A program made the translations under genes and the position numbers. A DNA stretch of 64,000 nt from Waterburya sp. (GTDB taxonomy: Bacteria; Cyanobacteriota; Cyanobacteriia; Cyanobacteriales; Xenococcaceae): the NCBI GenBank assembly GCA_965217895.1, contig CBDCJV010000002.1, forward strand, positions 2,528,001 to 2,592,000. The letters run 5' to 3'. Below, piece after piece: positions 62,661-64,000 of the stretch. The notes under the pieces were generated by a model. It ran no database searches. It was not told the origin of the DNA and saw only the letters and a list, made by a program, of their open reading frames with translations. How positions within the stretch are numbered: the stretch's first letter is position 1; every line of letters begins with the position of its first letter.

Positions 62661-62711
62661 GACTTTTGACTTTTGATGTTATGCCCTTGTGGTGCTTTTA
62701 ACTTAAAAACT

Positions 62712-64000
62712 ATGGCTAATTTAATATTACCGAAACTAAAAACGGGTACAGATGTCAGACCTCCAGAAAGGGAAGGAATTTGGACAAGCTTAGAATCAAG
62801 ATCGGCGTTTCAGAATGTCGCAACCAGTCTCGATTATCAAGCTTCGGGAGAAACTAAAAGCGTAAGTTCCGTCCCGACAATGTGGGCGCGTCCTCTATCG
62901 ATAGAGATGGCGTTACACAATAAAAACTATCCGATTCGTCGGGAAATGATTGCCCAGTGGCAGGGAATGTTAGCTGCCGTGGCTTTAGCCGAAGTAAGAC
63001 GATTTCCTTTAACCGCTCAATTAGTCGATTTGAGCAAATTACGCCAACAGCAGCCTTTTAGTAGAGCTTTATACCAACTGTTACCTCATCCCGTTAATGC
63101 TCTTTACAGTCTCGACGGTAATAATCCCTGGCAGGAAGTTTATGTTTTCCTCTGGAATAATCAACCTGTGGGTATGACTTCCCCTAGTACTATAGTTGCC
63201 AACTCCGAAGAAGGAAATTGGTCTGGTTTACCCTGGTGGAATGAGGAAACAAAATGTTTAGGATCTCCCCTGACTGGTAATCACCTCAACAAGAATGAAA
63301 AAGCTTTATTATGGCGGTGGTTAGAAAATTTAAGTACTCATCTCCATAATCAAAATTATCAAGGTCAACCCAGAGCGATCGATGAAATTAGCGGTTTAAT
63401 TAATCAATTTCGCGATAGTTTGGGTTCTTATCCCGAACAAGCTGTCAGCTTAAGCGATAATCCGCAGTATTTCGGCGTATCTCTCAATCGTGGTGTCCTT
63501 AACGGCATTAACAAGCCTGCTAAAGCCGAGGCGCAACCATCCAATGTGCGCTTGATTGGTAGTCAAGGTTTAAGCCAAGTACAAGACTTACTGATCCTCG
63601 ATCCGCAGATAGCCGAAGCTTGGGGAAAATCACCCCAAAATATTTGGCTACATCAAGACCAAACTTTAGCATCACTAAAAATCGAAGATTTAAAGTCAGG
63701 TAAAGTCATCTGGCAAAATGTACGCTGGATTGAATCAAAGGATTTATTTTTACCAGAATTAACCTTTATTGATATCGAAGATGCCTTACCTGGTGGTTAT
63801 TTACCTCCAGAAACTCAACCTTTAATTTTCAACAAACGCAGAATCACCCCATTACTTCCCCTAAATCAAATCCTGCTGGAATATTTCACTCCTGAAGATC
63901 TGATCCGTCACCTCAATATAACTCCCCTTAATAGTAGCGATGGGACATTTATCAGAATTGAGTTAGATTTACCTCTTTCGGGCAATAATAACCAATCTCA
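62712..64000 (+). CDS. Large hypothetical protein, partial (runs off the right edge), partner of the tubulin-like gene
   Basis: Manual translation MANLILPKLKTGTDVRPPEREGIW...SSVPTMWARPLSIEMAL...QWQGMLAAVALAE...GMTSPST; no stop seen; absent from the ORF track. Confidence 0.85.
   Translation, partial: MANLILPKLKTGTDVRPPEREGIWTSLESRSAFQNVATSLDYQASGETKSVSSVPTMWARPLSIEMALHNKNYPIRREMIAQWQGMLAAVALAEVRRFPLTAQLVDLSKLRQQQPFSRALYQLLPHPVNALYSLDGNNPWQEVYVFLWNNQPVGMTSPSTIVANSEEGNWSGLPWWNEETKCLGSPLTGNHLNKNEKALLWRWLENLSTHLHNQNYQGQPRAIDEISGLINQFRDSLGSYPEQAVSLSDNPQYFGVSLNRGVLNGINKPAKAEAQPSNVRLIGSQGLSQVQDLLILDPQIAEAWGKSPQNIWLHQDQTLASLKIEDLKSGKVIWQNVRWIESKDLFLPELTFIDIEDALPGGYLPPETQPLIFNKRRITPLLPLNQILLEYFTPEDLIRHLNITPLNSSDGTFIRIELDLPLSGNNNQS

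Overview
Cyanobacterial chromosomal DNA: frequent HIP1 octamers (GCGATCGC) and typical cyanobacterial genes (ggpS, glgA, FHA-PBP, DUF29); a Pleurocapsales-like host is inferred, not proven. All family assignments come from reading motifs, with no database search. (1) 1-10.3 kb is the edge of a probable secondary-metabolite cluster: three O-methyltransferases, an ABM monooxygenase, a Rieske oxygenase, an atypical AcpS-like PPTase, an HTH-NACHT protein and an RTX-tailed repeat protein. (2) 10.7-18.2 kb is housekeeping: ggpS, lysS-KTSC, ABC-F, GDPD. (3) 18.7-41.9 kb is a layered, decayed mobile region. It opens with a collapsed type V-K CRISPR-associated transposon (tnsB/tnsC/cas12k fragments, partial tracrRNA, two degenerate repeats, a tRNA-Phe homing spacer and an intact TGTACA end). 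Next comes a 3' tRNA-Phe fragment (att site) and a relic integrative element carrying a broken SNF2-helicase/DUF1156/DUF499 defence-like operon interleaved with three apparently intact toxin-antitoxin pairs, then MobF relaxase/T4CP remnants and SRAP. The whole segment is bracketed by inverted ends of an ISAs1-family element. (4) 42.4-57.4 kb is mostly core genes (glgA, PBP1A, glmM, yvcK, receiver-MFP fusion, CHAT, COG0523) plus a dead ISAs1. (5) 57.7-64 kb is a divergent locus with a vWA-like lipoprotein, membrane proteins, a tubulin/FtsZ-like GTPase and a large partner gene running off the window. Small GC-rich palindromic repeats have invaded intergenic regions, IS genes and one coding sequence.
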